From: an uncultured Ectothiorhodospiraceae bacterium
GTDB lineage: Bacteria; Pseudomonadota; Gammaproteobacteria; XJ16; Halofilaceae
DNA length: 64,000 nt
Assembly: GCA_964445325.1 (NCBI GenBank)
Contig: CAYUKN010000002.1
Coordinates: forward strand, 10,794 to 74,793
Direction: 5' to 3'
Below are positions 63,710-64,000 of the stretch, in pieces. Both the position numbers and the translations under genes were made by a program. Numbering within the stretch: position 1 is the first letter of the stretch; every line of letters starts with the position of its first letter. The notes under the pieces were generated by a model, which made no database searches, was not told where the DNA came from, and was given only the letters and a program-made list of their open reading frames with translations.

Positions 63710-63847
63710 TGTCGGAGCTGGCGGGTCGTTTCGGCCCGGACAGCCGCCCCCACACCCGCCACCCGACGTCCGAGCGCGAACAGCTCCTCCCCCTAGGCGA
63801 GCCCGGCTCGCCGGTTTCGGCGGTGCCCCTTGGGCACCGCTTTTTTT
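63710..63847 (+). ncRNA. Candidate structured small RNA (OxyS-like)
   Basis: TAGGCT -10 at 63698, several stems, C-rich tracts, ends in an intrinsic terminator; no convincing + strand ORF. Confidence 0.5.
63820..63847 (+). terminator. Rho-independent terminator
   Basis: GCGGTGCCC-CTT-GGGCACCGC followed by T7. Confidence 0.9.
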
Positions 63848-63853
63848 CCGCAT

Positions 63854-63868
63854 TGGCATGCAGCGTGC
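63854..63868 (+). promoter_or_regulatory. Candidate sigma54 promoter
   Basis: TGGCATGCAGCGTGC, GG-N10-GC, upstream of ATG 63985. Confidence 0.55.
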
Positions 63869-63984
63869 ACACCGAGTCGACTGAACACATTTCATAGGTG
63901 CGTGTTGCCACCGATGTGACGCCGATTGGCAACTGATGCCACTTTAGGGCAGTTTCGGGGTGCGCGGACCGAAGGGGAAAGACG

Positions 63985-64000
63985 ATGTCGATGATGCTTT
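63985..64000 (+). CDS. Probable start of a gene running off the right edge
   Basis: AAGGGG RBS then ATG TCG ATG ATG CTT; too short to identify. Confidence 0.35.

Overview
64 kb of a high-GC gammaproteobacterial chromosome; gene order and acidic proteins suggest a Chromatiales/Ectothiorhodospiraceae-like, possibly halophilic organism (inference). No CRISPR array, integrase, intact transposase or prophage is visible. The window opens with a housekeeping cluster on the minus strand (holA-proA-nadD-rsfS-rlmH-maf-rng-yhdP), then a HAD hydrolase, pyrD, a deacetylase, SirB2 and tRNA-Val(CAC). An accessory signalling/redox block follows at ~11.7-25.1 kb: Hcy methyltransferase, stand-alone MHYT, orphan RpoE-like sigma, EAL protein, DUF547, AhpD, DoxX, two histidine kinases with a FixJ-type regulator, an unknown His/Met-rich exported protein with a cupredoxin, and an EF-hand protein. 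Next come a NodIJ-like ABC pair, an MnmM-like methyltransferase, a CHASE2 Ser/Thr kinase, a TatT-DctPQM TRAP system, a GAF-GGDEF-EAL protein and a 1166-aa GltD/NfnB-NfnA-like fusion. The right half holds oxyR, corA, NUDIX, cobS, sbcB, rnd, frmA-frmB, an NtrC/sigma54-controlled glnK-amt, MscS, MalY and an MCE operon. The most unusual signals are: (1) a ~950-bp non-coding region (40.5-41.46 kb) made of three tandem modules with conserved spacing of DnaA-box triplet, IHF-like site and extra DnaA box (DARS/datA-like); (2) an MCE operon whose only ABC ATPase has lost every catalytic motif and is flanked by two uncharacterised lipoproteins; (3) an OxyR-type box followed by a ~140-nt structured, terminated non-coding unit (candidate OxyS-like sRNA); (4) the exported His/Met-rich protein paired with a cupredoxin; (5) a family of 10-bp-periodic, inward-facing repeats in two intergenic patches. 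Many start codons below were reassigned by eye from the ORF track; all product calls come from motif recognition, not database searches.
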